Positions 38,431 to 52,220 are shown, counted from the first letter of the stretch. The stretch is 64,000 bases of DNA from Alloascoidea hylecoeti (GCA_001600815.1 BCKZ01000022.1:90982-154981); one strand, 5' to 3'. A program made the numbers and translations. Notes: generated by a model from the letters alone, not told the origin.

Positions 38431-38713
38431 TGCCGGACCGATTCCTTATAGGTATATTCATCGTAGGTACAGTACGAATAACTTCAGGCTGTTAAGTTAA
38501 TAATCATCATTTTTTTGAGAGCAGCCTAGAGAGAATGTTTGATTTACCATGCATATCCATATGTCCATGGCTTACATGACTGAATAATTATGAAGAAGAC
38601 AATTTTAAATATTTATAGATTCAATAGAATTACCTAAGAAAATCAGTGATACCGCTTATCACATGCGTATATTCATTTATAATTATAATTATAACTGAAA
38701 TGAGCCATCTACA
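38431..38713 (-). mobile_element. LTR-like repeat, copy 2 (solo or rearranged LTR)
   Basis: On the minus strand it starts TGTAGATGGCTCA and has a possible CA end at 38431. Inverted homolog of 22408-22675. No target-site duplication visible. Confidence 0.75.
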
Positions 38714-40356
38714 CCACAATAAATAAGGCTAAGGAAAGTGAATCTAATAACAGCAGACCAAAATATAAAGATGTTAAAGAACTTTATGATGAAGCACAAC
38801 AACTTCAGACTGATTTAGATGTTAGCATGATTGAGGAATATGTTAAAGAGGTTGAGGAATGGATTAGAGCTGGGAAAAAGGCATTTGGTAAAAATAATGC
38901 AGCATCTCATGTATTACAATCACACTTAACACATGTTAGATTAAAAAATGAGGATGCCTTTTCATTGACTGATACATATGAAGCAGGAGAAGAAAATTGC
39001 ACTAAAGATGAAGAAGATTCCATAATGAATGAAGGTGAAAATAAAAATGGAAATGAACCAGAAATCAGAAACCCTNAAAAAGTATTAGAATTATTAAAAG
39101 TTAAATTATTTTGTTTTTGTAGAAGACAAGAATCTGGTTGGATGGTTCAATGTGAGAAATGTCAAGAATGNTATCATGCGAAATGTTTAAAATTAAGTAA
39201 AGCAAAAATGACTTCTGATGAAAATTTTATTTGCCCAGTTTGTGATTTTATTTCAATTTACCCACGAGAATCAAGCAGGCCAACATTAGAAGAATTGGAA
39301 ATTTTAGAAGAATCGGGGAAAGATTTATTACTTATTCCTCAAGAATTGAATATTGTACGATCAATTATTGAAACCGCGAGTAAATTCATAACATTTTTTA
39401 AAAGGGAATTAAAATTCGATGAAATTGAAAATACATTTAAATGCAATGATGTTAATAAACTTAAATTCTATTTGAGAAAATTTGAAGGTTCAGAAATTTT
39501 ATTTGCAAATGAGACTGATTTATTAAGACAAATGATTTANAAACTTGATCCTGTTGGTAATAAACCTCCACCTATTATTAATGTTTCAAAATCAATAAAA
39601 AAACATCGACCCACAAAACTTCAAAAACTAATGAATGAATTAGGTGTCACTGATATAAGAGATATACCACCTAAATATTCATATCAATTTAGATATCTTG
39701 GTATTAAATTCAATCATAGATATCAATCTAACTATGATGAATCAATTGAGGTTAAAGAAGAGATGGTATTAGACAATGATATGCCAAGTAGTAGTAGTGG
39801 AGTGATCTCTGGCGATTCTGATGTTTGGATGGAGCCTGTTGATGCCGAAAAGTCACTTGAATCTACTAACTCAGTTCCTATACCAATAAAATTGGAATCC
39901 AAACTACCTGAGAAAAATAACTCTGAAAAACAATTATCTATGGAACAGAATAACGTACAACATTTAGAAGTTCCAAATACCATTGTTAACCAGGATACAG
40001 TTGACATTCAATATTTAAACTTCAAACCTCCAGATAATACCGATGAGAATCTAGATATTAATATNGATAANGCTAAACCAACATATCCAAGAACTAATGA
40101 TTCTATGAAGGATTTAGAAGCGGGTCCTGGAAAAGGAAATGAAAACAAAACCTAAGTGTAATTAACAGGTAATTAATTGNATTTAGAGTTTGAAATGAAG
40201 AAAATGTATTGAAAAAGCAATTGTAAGAAGTGCAATAACAACAGCAACAAAAGTTAATGAAATTAGTATTTTTACTAAAGGTTAATAAAAACAACAAATA
40301 ATTTTAAAGAAAATATAATATAAAGAGATTTAAAAATTAAATCTTGAAAGAGCCTA
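38714..40356 (+). repeat. Inverted repeat arm IR1-L (copy of ECM5 3' end and terminator)
   Basis: Reverse complement of 53560-55202, both 1643 bp, including six Ns at mirrored positions. Confidence 0.95.
38827..40155 (+). pseudogene. 5'-truncated duplicate of ECM5 (PHD-containing C-terminal 442 aa)
   Basis: Translation is identical to the last 442 aa of 53761-58191 and lacks JmjN, ARID and JmjC. Confidence 0.85.
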
Positions 40357-40624
40357 GTTAAATGGATATACATCATTAACAAATGGTTCATCGTAATGAT
40401 AATTTCAGAAGACAAAAGAGTTCACATAGAAATTCATTAATAAAAAAATTCGTCAAATGATACACACATTGTCAATATTGATTGATAATGAAAACGAATC
40501 AAAATCATAATAATTGGCGCAAAAAATAAAGTTTTGTAATAGCAATATTGCAGTTCTGCTATTTAATTTTATTTCAGCCAACTTCTCTTTTTAATAACTC
40601 GCAACTTCTCCACAGTATTTAATC

Positions 40625-42262
40625 ATGACTGCTTTGCCTCTTGTACCTGGTAGTACACATATAAGAAATTCAGGAATCTTCCCCTCTGGGTATTCAGTTG
40701 TCAGGTCTTTCGATTCTCATGAAATCCTAGTGAATGCAAACATACATAATTTATCTCCTATCCGAAAACCGCAAGACCTAAACACAAAATTCTCCATTTC
40801 TTTCGAAAATGAAAAATTATTTTATGTCCCAGGTGAAACTATTAAAGGTTTCGTTAATCTGGATCCTAAAACTACCTATTCTTACGACCATCTTAGAATC
40901 TCTATGGAAGGAGTCGTCATGGATTCCAGTGAAAGGAATTTTTTTTTAATGTTCGAAAAGTTCGATGATACATTTCCAACTGCTACCCCAGGGCTCGATT
41001 GCCCCAACGATAATGTAGCTTTAGCCGGTTAAAGTTATAAGCTACCGTTTAGTTTTATTGTTCCTGAGAAATTATCGGAACCATGCCACGATAACTTTCT
41101 CCATAGTCGGTTACCTCCAAGTGTTAAAGGCAATTTTAAACAGCCATTCATGAGTTTTAGTAATGGTACCCACAATCATATTCACAGATATTCCATTCCC
41201 AGGAGTAAAGAATCTCAGAAGAAATGGAAAATGAACCGTGAAACTCCTATGCACAATTCCGAGGAAATGCTTACATCTCGTATTTGCCGCACCTCTGCAG
41301 GAACAACTTTATCTAATAATTTGGAGCATGATTCATATGTCCCTGGCATTAGTGCTCGGATAATTTACTATATTTCCGCCACAATTAAGACTAAATCCAA
41401 CCTTTTGATGAATCCTTATGAATATGAATATGTGAACCCAACACTGCTCACCTTTCACTGTTTTTACCTTNNACCTTCCTNCCCTGCTCTTCCTAATAAT
41501 CTTCTTCAGCCGTATCTCGACACTACCAAATACGAATTAGCTGAAAATTTCAATAGACTTGGGTATTCGAATGACAATATGGAATTCAAAACAATTCATT
41601 ATATAGATCCCAAAACTGAAAAGTTATTATTCTATAAACAGTTTGAGTGGCTAACGGAGAAAGAAAATTATTGTACAGATCAAATGAAGTCAACGATAAA
41701 AGTGATTACACATCGTCCTGATCCAATATTATGCTTACCTAAAAGTATAACTACGATGCCTTATGAGTTCTCCTTGACAGAGCGACTTCAACCCCCAATT
41801 GATAATATTCCATTAGCAGCGGATAATAAGTGTATATATCCATTGAAGTTTATTTATAGTCCAATATTAATCGATGGAGAACTACAGCCTCCACCGTTGT
41901 TATCAAATATACAACCATTCTTACGGGCACATACTATTATTGGGGTTTCAATTTCAAGTTTAGACTTTTATAAAGATCTAAAACGATATCCCCTAGATTA
42001 TAAGACACGGGAGCTTAATATTGGTCAAAATCGTGATCCAGGATCCTTAAACAATGATAAATATGACCATTCCGATATCTGGCTCAAAGATATTTACAAT
42101 TGGAGTCAATGGACACCACAATACGATGAAATAACAGGTAAAACCATATACGAACGAGTTTTAGAGATTGAAATACCTTCACTTACTTCTAATTTGGTTC
42201 CAAGTTTCCACTCGTGTTTCCTATCAAGATGTTATATGCTTCAACAGAAAAAGAACTTTTGA
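40625..42262 (+). pseudogene. Bul1-like alpha-arrestin (ubiquitin-ligase adaptor), interrupted by a nonsense codon
   Basis: The two ORFs are in frame across a TAA at 41030, where the paralogs have AAA. Motifs YVPGETIKGFV, LPFSFIVPE..C..HSRLPPS, LVPSFHSCFLSRCY. The C-terminus also looks truncated. Confidence 0.75.
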
Positions 42263-43152
42263 GTAGTTGTATTTCATGCGAGTCATCGAAATGTGAAAAG
42301 AAAACTACATAACTGTATCTAATTGTTGAGAAAATCGTCATTATCAAAGGTAATTATATTCATTTTTTTATACCGGAACTGGAAATATTTATATTTGCAT
42401 ATATACTAGGGGCCGTTGTTAACTATCATGATTACATTCAGTATATAGTTTATATTATTATATTTTTATATATTGTTGATTTTATTGATATTGCTATCAG
42501 TGTTGCTATTGTAGAGTTATGTTATTTCTAGCAAAATACTGGGATATAAAGTAAAGTACATGTAAGTATAAGAAGGACATTATTAAAAATTGGGATCATT
42601 TGATTAATATTCATTGGATGGGTATTGGATAATTGTAATGTCGTTCATAATCATTTTAGAAACGTCAAATTTTAAAAGCAATTTTATATTTCTTTTCGGT
42701 AGATGTGTTTCTTCGAATTCACGCTATATTATTTATAGAAGAGTTCATACTATGCCCAGTAATATTGGAGACTTAGTTGTGAAGCAATAATAAGCGTTTA
42801 TAGTTTATTGTTAATAAACTTTTATATATATGTAAAATTTAACAAGATATGCATTATCGTTAAACACACAAAAGTTTAAAACTATAAACTATCATTATTA
42901 CTTCTTCAACATTGAACATTTAGTTAAAGCACAAATACATGCTAAAGTTCAAAGTGCCTGTTCTCTCAGTTGCGCCAAAAAGCCAATCGACTCTTAAGTG
43001 AACTGTTTTAAGAGTGTAATATATCCAACAATACATAATAAATTATATAGTTTAGAAATTGTTTTATATAAACAAAGAAATCCGCACAATTTAATAATTA
43101 ACTTTGTTAGTAAATACTTGACGAGAAAAAATTATCACACTCTTTTTCTACA

Positions 43153-45050
43153 ATGCCTAATCATGGATTATTTGGCTCTTCCCTCCAACCCTGATGCAAC
43201 ACCTAATACACTCCTACAAAATGTATCAAATACCACGATACAAATATTAATCCAATACGTCGGAACAAAAATCATGTACGATTGCAATCTATATGTGGAG
43301 AGCTCACCATGAAAAAGTATTTTATGCTCCAGGTGAGACTATTAAAGGGTTTGTTACCCTCATTCCTAGTACGAAATTTTCTTATGATCGGTTTACCCTA
43401 TGTATGAAACAATGTACTGGTAACTATGAGAGCACCGAGTATCAGAGGAATAAGCAAATAAACAATGGATTTATATTACTTGAAAAGTATCATGATACAT
43501 TTCCAGAGACAACTCCTGGAATCGATTGCTTCAAAGATAACATTGCCTTAGCTGGTAAAAAGTATATGATACCATTTAGCTTTGTTATTCCTGAACAATT
43601 ATCGGTACCATCCACAGATAACTTGCTTCATAAACGTTTATCTCCGAGTTTTGGGGAGAGTTTCGAAGTGCCATATATGAATATCAATAAATATTCCACC
43701 AATCAGACGTGTATCTATACCATTCCTAGACCTAAGAAAAGTTATTATGGAGTAGATAATTTGGATACTTCATATTGTTCATATCATACTTGTCGTACCT
43801 CTGCAGCTGATGTTTTATCTCAAAATTTTAAACCGGATACTTTCCGCTCAGCTTAACCCAAATCCGTTGGGTTTCGTAACTATTATTATATTGAAGCAAT
43901 TAATTATATTGAAGCAATTATCAAAAACCATATCAGAACATCTTAACACTAAACTATTAGCAAAATCAATAAAGCGTCTAATGACAGCTAAGAATTTCGT
44001 TATTTTACCTGTATATTCTGCACTTTCTTCTTATATGTTACAGTCATCTCTGGATATCAATAATTATATATCAGGTACTAATATATATAGGAATTCAGAT
44101 GAAAATATGAAATTTAAAACGATTCATTCCGTTGATTGAAAAACAGAGCAATTACATTTTTATAAACATTTTAAATGGTTAGGAGGAAATCCAAACTTTT
44201 GTTTGAACGGGAATTAATCCATGTCAACTATTAAAGTGATTATACCTCGTCCTTATCCAATACCATATCTACCGGAAGTGACATATAAAGGGAAAGATTA
44301 CACTTTTCACAGCTATAAACCAGGTTTCAAGAAATGTAAAAACCAGTTGACATATTATTTCCTTTGAAATTCATTTTCACTATCCTAGCGCTGTTAGTTA
44401 ATAATAATATCGATGGTTATGAAAAACTTAGTCTGGATTGGGTGATCGTAAACTTAACAAAGAAGATGTTTGCGATTTAAGTAAATGGATAGCATATAAC
44501 AATTTTAAGAATCGTAAAATAATATATCAAAGGATTTTAAACGTTAAAATAAACTTTCAATTTACTTCAAAAATATGTCCTAATTTTCAATCATGTATCT
44601 CATCAAGAAATTATGATATAAAATTTAAAATTGAATTTAAACCACAATCTCAACCATCAAATAAAAATGCGTTTAAATTTAAAAAAAAATTAACTACAAT
44701 AAAAACCATTTTTGGCTCTAATACTAACAGAAAGATTACTGGTTCAACTGAATCGAAAATGAAATATAACTCGTTTTCATCAAAGCGTTTATTGTCTAAT
44801 AGATATTGTTTTGATTTAACAGTCCCTATTGACTGTTTATTCAAAACAAAGGGTACTTTAGATATGTGTATGCTTTTACAGAAGACGAACTCTTGACTAG
44901 TCGTATATCCCATGAACCATGGTTACTAATGGGCGCAGACGTGGAACGTTTGAATGAGATAAATAAAAATGATAGATATTCATGGTAAGGAGATATGCCA
45001 ACAACTTTTGTAGAAGAATACATAACTATGGAATATTCCCGGCATGTAAA
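43153..45050 (+). pseudogene. Second Bul1-like arrestin, heavily frameshifted
   Basis: FYAPGETIKGFV, LAGKKYMIPFSFVIPEQL, HKRLSPSFG, CRTSA, KFKTIH, ICPNFQSCISSRNY spread over several frames. An 18 bp tandem duplication lies near 43884-43919. Confidence 0.8.
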
Positions 45051-45129
45051 AGGCCTTATCAGGATTCGGGAAGATAAGAATTAACTGAACAGAAAAATAT
45101 TGTCCAAAAATAGATTGGAGTGGTCTCAG

Positions 45130-45650
45130 GACGTTTGTGATGGTGTTGTATTAGTGACAAATGTTTGGTCGTTACAGGATCCGAATTTGGAATATATTTT
45201 CTCCACAATAGTCACACCAAGCCTTTCAACGTTAAAATATTTATAATAAGGAAGTATGGTCTCTAGGTATGGGCTGAAATTTGAAAGGGAGGTCGTGCTA
45301 CACTGTATAGAGTAGTTGATTCTAATAGCAGTCATACGATCCCATATACAGCTTCTGGAAGAGGCATTAAATGAAATTCATGAAGATATCATATTCATCC
45401 GAGATAGCATCCATTCATGACGTTAGAATGGCAATGAATTCGTTTCCTGAGAAGGAAATAGAAGTATCGGAGTGGCCGCTCCCTTTTATTCGGCCCCGAA
45501 TCCGATTGATATCTCTTCGAAAAAGTGCATCACAATCGCAAGGAAGTGATTGCCATTATGAGTCTTCCACATGGTGTAGAAGTGAAGAAGGACCTATTTT
45601 TGAGTCTCTTTCAAAGTATTAGGAAAGGACCTTATGGATCAGAATATGAT
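45130..45650 (-). mobile_element. hAT-superfamily DNA transposase remnant
   Basis: Minus-strand FYTMWKTHNGNHFLAIVMHFFE (cf. TxDxWTSxNxxxFLAITxHFI) followed by SFSGNEFIAIL..AISDEYDI (cf. HxGxNIA...LxEYxI). In-frame stops are present. Confidence 0.55.
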
Positions 45651-45990
45651 TGATCGTACACTTGAGTGGCAACCGTCTATGGTGTCAAGGCCGCCAATAC
45701 TAATATATTCTATAATATATACGGAACTTTAACATATTTTAAGAACAGGTTCTGTCTGGAGTATTAAGTAGCTGATTACAATTCTGCCATTTTTTAGCGT
45801 GTTCCACAGATAAATATGGTAGATCTGAAACTTTATAATTATCAATGGCATCAATTAATAACAGTTAACAAAACATGATCATAAATGATCATTATAGCTT
45901 AAGGGATTGTAATTAACATATAAAATGATACAGAAAATTGATCAAAGATTAATAACATTAAATTATTTATTCATTTATTTTTAAAAAAAA

Positions 45991-47096
45991 TTATTTCAAA
46001 TTTTTCCCTTTAATAACATTAACCCAAGTAGGACCAATATTGGCAGCAGCAGCAGTTGCACCTAAAACTCCAACAGTCAAGTTATCAAGACATCCAGTTT
46101 CAATTGACCAATGTGCAGTAAGAGGTAAATAGGATAAATTAATAAGTAAATCTTTATACCAATTTGAAGGTAAAGTTTTCAAAGTAATTATTGAATTATT
46201 AATAAAACCTGATTGATTTTTCTTTGATTTTTCAGTTAAATTTGAATTTGATTTTAATGCATTTGATTGATATAAATAATTTGTTAAATAATCTTTTGAT
46301 AAACGAATTAATTCCAAAATAACATAAGCAGCCCAAAATCTACTACTCCAACACCAAAGTGCCATTTCAGTTTTAGCACTAATCTTAATGATTTTATGAT
46401 TACCTAAATAGGCAATGTTTTCCAAAGGTTGATAAAAGATTAAAGACCAAAGTTTCAGATTATTTAAATATCTATCAAATTTAGGAGGGGGTGGTAATGG
46501 GTTTACTTTTGTACCATAATTACCAGATTGAATATCACGAATTATAGCAAATAACCAGTCGATTAAAGGAACCATACCCCATAAACGATTGAAGATTCTA
46601 ACATCAGATATAAGACTAGAAAATGTAGCTAATCTTGTTGAAATAGGAATGGTTGAAACCGCAGTAGAAGCAGCAGAACCTATGTCAGCATATTTTGAGG
46701 CACCACCAGTTAAAGTAGTTAAAAGTAAATACTTTAATTTTGCAAATGCTTTAGGATTGAAACCAAGCGAAGTTATGAAGGATATAAGGGATGGGAAAGA
46801 AGGAAGTCTTGAAATAAAAGACTGCCAATCATACTTACCCAGTTTTTTCAAGATTTCAGCGAGGATTTGAAGAGAATAACCAACCAAGGCCAAGGTTGTA
46901 TCTAAAGAAGAGGCATTCGATAACAACCTTTTGAAGTTTTGGAGTTTAGATTAGTTATGGTGTGTTACTAAATGCATATAATATCAACATACTCGTTAGC
47001 TCGTGTAGTTCTTAAACCATATTTCGCTTCCAAGAGTTTCAGCAAATAAACTGTTTTGGATTGAACCTCAGTGACTGGCTGTTGAAGAGAGGACAT
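45991..47096 (-). CDS. Pex11-family peroxisomal membrane protein (Pex11C-like), two exons
   Basis: Exon 1 47096-46993; intron 46992-46928 (GTATGT...AACTAAT...AAG); exon 2 in frame. Motifs SDVRIFNRLWG, YQPLENIAYL, WSSRFWAAYV, YLPLTAHWS. Confidence 0.85.
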
Positions 47097-47320
47097 GTTG
47101 AAGAGAAGAAGAAGACAAAAATAAAATTAAAGAAAAGGAGGTTTATATTAATATAGCTATGAATGGGGATCGGGTGAGCTTGATATTTGGAGGTTTCCTT
47201 CTCCTTTTGCCCAACACTCGGGTCACCGGTCCCAGTTTCGGGTGCGACCAACCGGGCTTGCTTAAGGAGGGCGTAAAGAGGCAGAATGCAACATCATCCT
47301 TCTTCTCAATCAACCAAATA
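47097..47320. promoter_or_regulatory. Compact, GC-rich bidirectional promoter between the PEX11-like gene and calcineurin A
   Basis: Only 224 bp separate the divergent ATGs; the stretch is locally GC- and CGG-rich. Confidence 0.55.
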
Positions 47321-49033
47321 ATGTCACTTCCTCAGAATTCGGCAATTACGCCACTTAAAATGGAAAATGCTCTGAAACATTTGAATAAAAAGAAACATAT
47401 TGATCAGGATTCCATAAAACCAAAAACATCAAATCCCACGGTGTACGTTACCGATGAAGGTGAAGAAGTAGTTACTTCTGACAGAATAATGGCTGGTGAG
47501 TTTTAAATCAAACTAACCATCTTAAAAATTATACTAATCATTAATTAACTAGACATTCCGGCTCCTGCTACTAGAAAACCAACTGATGATCAAGTGTTTC
47601 TTCCAAATGGTCTTCCAAACACTGATTTCCTAAAATCACACTTCTTTCAAGAAGGTCGTCTAACAAGTTCTCAGGCTTTACGAATCTTAAATTCCGCAAC
47701 TGATCTCTTAAAAACTGAACCAAATTTACTAGATATTCCAGCCCCTGTTTCTGTATGTGGTGATGTTCATGGTCAATACTATGATTTAATGAAACTTTTC
47801 GAAGTTGGTGGAGATCCAGCTACAACAAATTATTTATTTCTTGGTGATTATGTTGACAGGGGTTATTTTTCAATTGAAGTTTTATTATTATTATATTCTT
47901 ATAAATTAAATTATCCAAATACTTTTCATATGTTACGTGGTAACCATGAATGTCGTCATTTAACTGAATACTTTACATTTAAAACTGAATGTATACATAA
48001 ATATTCTTCAAGAATTTATAATGTTTCAATTGAATCATTTAATGCTTTACCACTATCTGCAATAATGAATAATCAATTCTTTTGTGTTCATGGTGGTATA
48101 TCTCCTCATTTAAATACCTTGGATGACATTAGAAAATTAGATCGTTTTAGAGAACCTCCAACAAGGGGTCTAATGTGTGATTTATTATGGGCTGATCCAC
48201 TTGAAGAATATGATGATGATGATAATTTATCAGATTCTCACTTTGAAAATAATGATGTAAGAGGTTGTTCCTATTTTTTCACATATAAAGCAAGTTGTGA
48301 TTTTTTAGAACGAAATAATTTATTATCAATTATAAGAGCTCATGAAGCACAAGATGCTGGTTATAGAATGTATAAAAGAACAAAAACAATGGGATTTCCA
48401 AGTTTATTAACAATGTTTTCAGCTCCAAATTATTTGGATTCTTATAATAATAAAGCTGCTGTTTTAAAATATGAAAATAATATTATGAATATTAGACAAT
48501 TTAATGCTTCTCCACATCCATATTGGTTACCCAATTTTATGGATGTATTTACATGGTCATTACCATTTGTTGGTGAAAAAGTTACTGACATGTTAATGTC
48601 TATTCTAAATATTTGTACAGAAGAAGAATTAGGTGATGATGGTTCATCAACAATTGCAGTTACTGCCGTTGATGAAGAATTAGAAGCAAAAAGAAGAGCA
48701 TTAAGACATAAAATAATGGCAATTGGAAGAATGTCAAGAATGTTTTCAGTATTACGAGAAGAAGCTGAAAATGTTAATGAATTAAAATCAGCAGCCGGTG
48801 GGAAATTACCATCAGGTACTCTAATGCTTGGATCAGAAGGTATTAAAAATGCAATTCATTCATTTTCTGATGCTAAAATTGCTGATTTAAAAAATGAAGC
48901 TTTACCTCCTGTTAAAACAAAAGAAGAAATTGATGCTGAAGTTCAAAAGAAATTATCTAAAATTAAAGATTCTGAAAATGATAAAAAATTAGTATCACTA
49001 GCAAGAAAATTAAGTAATTCAATGAAGAAATGA
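47321..49033 (+). CDS. CNA1: Calcineurin A catalytic subunit (PP2B), two exons
   Basis: Exon 1 47321-47495; intron 47496-47552 (GTGAGT...TACTAAT...TAG). Motifs [38 protein letters not shown], calmodulin-binding helix and autoinhibitory NEALPP. Confidence 0.96.
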
Positions 49034-49639
49034 TTTATTTTCAATATAACAATATTAATTATAATGTATCGGTTTAAAAACTCACCGATTATACCTAAAT
49101 TTATCTAACTTGTTCACTTCAAATCTTTTTGTTATTTGTTATTATTATTTAAATATATCACTTTTATATTTATTAATGTAATTAATAATGCTATTTATTA
49201 TATTTGTTTATAATTTTTGTGATGCTTGATTTTTATTTTTTTCTTATATTTAAGACATTATTTTAAAGGGAATTGACTTTTTTTTTTGATTAATATGATT
49301 AGATAATGCAATGCAAGCTTAAATAAATCAATCGTTTACCACTGTGAATGTCGTAAGACTTATTATATCTGTAGTGAATCCCAAAATTAAAATGCAAACT
49401 CTATCAAGAATGCCAGCGGAGAAGAAAATACAATTAATCAATAACTTAATCAAAAATGAAAAAATTTCTCTTGAAAGTCTCAATAATCATCACTCTTAAC
49501 GTTCTTTAATAATTTGTAAGTTGAATAAAGTGAATAGATTTGAAACAAAAGTAAAACATATTAAAATAAAGAATAAAAAAGGTAAAAGGCAAAATCTGAA
49601 ATCTTTCGATCTTACAATTACTCGATTCATTATTTTCAA

Positions 49640-51280
49640 ATGTCAAAATTCTTTTTTGGTGACGACTTCGATGTCAAAACCGAAGTCTTTAAGGCTACTC
49701 AAACTGTATTATCCGCTGATTCTTTGGTAAAATTCAATGAAGGTTATTATTTCCCGGTGGTTGAAAACTGGTTAAAGGTTAAACTCAAAACCATTATTCA
49801 ATCTGATGTTTTCCATATTGATGAATTTGTTACTTGTACCTCTGTGAACCGCTCTCCAACTAACTTCTGTCTTACTCTCGAATTCTTACTCAACCTCCGT
49901 TTCTCTGAAGAAGTTTTAAAAGACTATGAAGATGAGTACAATGGTATTGAATTATATTGAACTTTAAGAAATGATTATAAGGTTCTCGATAATTTTACTA
50001 GAATTGGTCTTCTGCAAAAGTATTTTACTGAAACTGGTAAACAAGGATGTTTAACAAAAAACTTTAATGATAAGGTGTATTTAATGATTCAATATTTTCC
50101 TCACTTACAAAAATGTATTCCGCTTATTGCTCTATTCAAAATTTCTAACGTTCAAAGGGATCAGGTTCTTCTTAGAAAAAATCTTATCGATTCAACTGAA
50201 TTTGCTAACAAAACATTGGAGGAAACAAAGTACAATGAAATCGTTGCTTTTGTTAAAAACTTAACAAAGAAAGGCATTATTGCTGATTTCACAAGTAATT
50301 TGGATACTATTGATGAAGTGAATTACCATGAAAATAATTCAAAATTTTTAAAAAATGTACGCTGTTATCGTTGTCATAAGTTTGGACACTACATGGACCA
50401 CTGTCCTATGAATAAGTTTCGCAAGAACCCTAAAAAATATCATGAGATTCAATACATTAGACTTCCCCTTGATACAGATGTTCACAATTCTACCAATATT
50501 GAATCTGAAGACGACGAAGAGGCGAATCTCATTGAACACGAAGAAGAGGTGTTTCTTGTTTCTGATGTTGAATTTATTATTGCTCCTTGTCATGTTGTCT
50601 CGGACAAATCTATTCTGGATAATGTGAGTGTTTCTAATACTACAATTATTAAAGGATTTCGAATCTTGAAGGAGACTTAACTCTTGGTAATTTGTGTCTA
50701 TCTAATGTGAAAGTTATGCGTAACACTAATAGAAACATTATTTCTGGTGATGTGCTATCTAAAAAGATTGAACTTGACAGCAACAAAGTCAATAATAAAT
50801 TCAACATCAGAAACAAGAAACACCTCTTTTTCATGTTCAATGAGATTCTTAGCTCCAATGATAACTTGTTACAAATTAAAGATTTCACTTTAATAGACCA
50901 AAAACTTGATATATTGAATTTTCTATTCAAAGATGTAATCCCTTGTTAGACAATCAAAAATATAAACTAAAACTGTATACTCCGAAAGTTGTTTGTGTTT
51001 TATTCCGGTTTTCGGTATCCCTGTGAACAACAAGTAAATGAAAGGGGACACGAGAAACAAACGATCTTCAAAAGAAAACACAAACTTTAGCAAGAATTTC
51101 TTTAGTAGAAAACACAATAATCAGTAGTAACTCAACTGAAAACGAAGAACTCTCTCAGACATGTCTAGATCTACTTTCACGACTTGTCTAGTACTCAGCT
51201 CGAACGGTAACTTGTTAATATTAAAGATTTCGCTTGTTTAGAAAAAAAAACTTGATAGCTTGATTTCTTTCTCCAAAGTG
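49640..51280 (+). mobile_element. Degenerate Ty1/copia gag-protease region
   Basis: ORFs at 49640 and 50075 are in frame across one TGA (GIELY*TLRNDY, copia gag-like). CCHC knuckle CYRCHKFGHYMDHC and decayed protease motif ..CHVVSDKS. Internal rearrangements. Confidence 0.75.
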
Positions 51281-52220
51281 AACTATTTAACTAAAAACAA
51301 AAACACCTACCTCAAAATATATAAACTATATGTATCCCGTAAGTTTGGAGATTTCTCCCAGATTTGCATAAGGATGTCCATCGTAGTATCACCAGAACTT
51401 ATGAATACCTGAACACCAACCCCAGCTTAACATATACCATGCTAAAACTCAACACATCTTATTACCCTCCACTTTCTCCATTTTCTTTAATAAAATATCA
51501 CCCAAAGCAGTAGACAGTGTCTCTGTTGGAGTTATTGAGCTCTCCATTCCATTCGTCATCGGAACGACTATTTCACAGTAGTAATTACTGCGTATTTTAA
51601 CGTCGAACCGACCCTGAAAGTTTTGTTAGGAAGTCTAAGCTCATCGCATGTGACCTTACATTTCAAACGTAACTTGAGATCGATATCACACACAACAACG
51701 GATTTTTAGATGAAATTATAGTAGCATCCTTAAGAGTCCCCAATATCCATTCTAGATACTTCGTATATCTCAGTGTTGTCAGACGCTTCGACTACCTTTT
51801 TATCAACAACCAATCCTGTAGCTTTTTCTGTCCAGGAAGGAATGGGGTCAGTGGTTCATATGGTAAGTAAGCATAGATCCATACATATTTTACCTTAGTT
51901 ACCGTTACCGGTATCCATACTTATTATATAATTACTAGTTCCTAGTTCCTACTCCCTGTTCTGGCTTTCCAGGGCCTCAATATGTATGCAATGCATATAT
52001 GCATATATTCCAATTCTGGTATAACGTAAAAATCAACTTATCATAAAGCATCATATGTTTAATACTTTATAAATCATCGGCTAAAATTTGCTGTTCAATA
52101 TAATCATCTTCTTTATTATTATATATGTAAGCTATTATATATGCCACTCCTTATAGGTATCTTAATATTAAACTATATAGTCCAAAAAACCTATAACCTT
52201 AATTATAGATTTAATTCTAT

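Noticed and set aside
47159..47506. 115 aa ORF as a separate gene
   Set aside because: Its 3' half is exon 1 of calcineurin A (ATG at 47321); the upstream part lies in the shared promoter.
51400..51870. Decayed coding-like sequence (also 37000-38100 and 61500-62640)
   Set aside because: Manual translation gave no motif strong enough to assign a family.
41954..52220. MAT genes inside the IR-bounded segment
   Set aside because: No HMG-box, alpha-box or homeodomain motif was recognised in any ORF or in manual translations.
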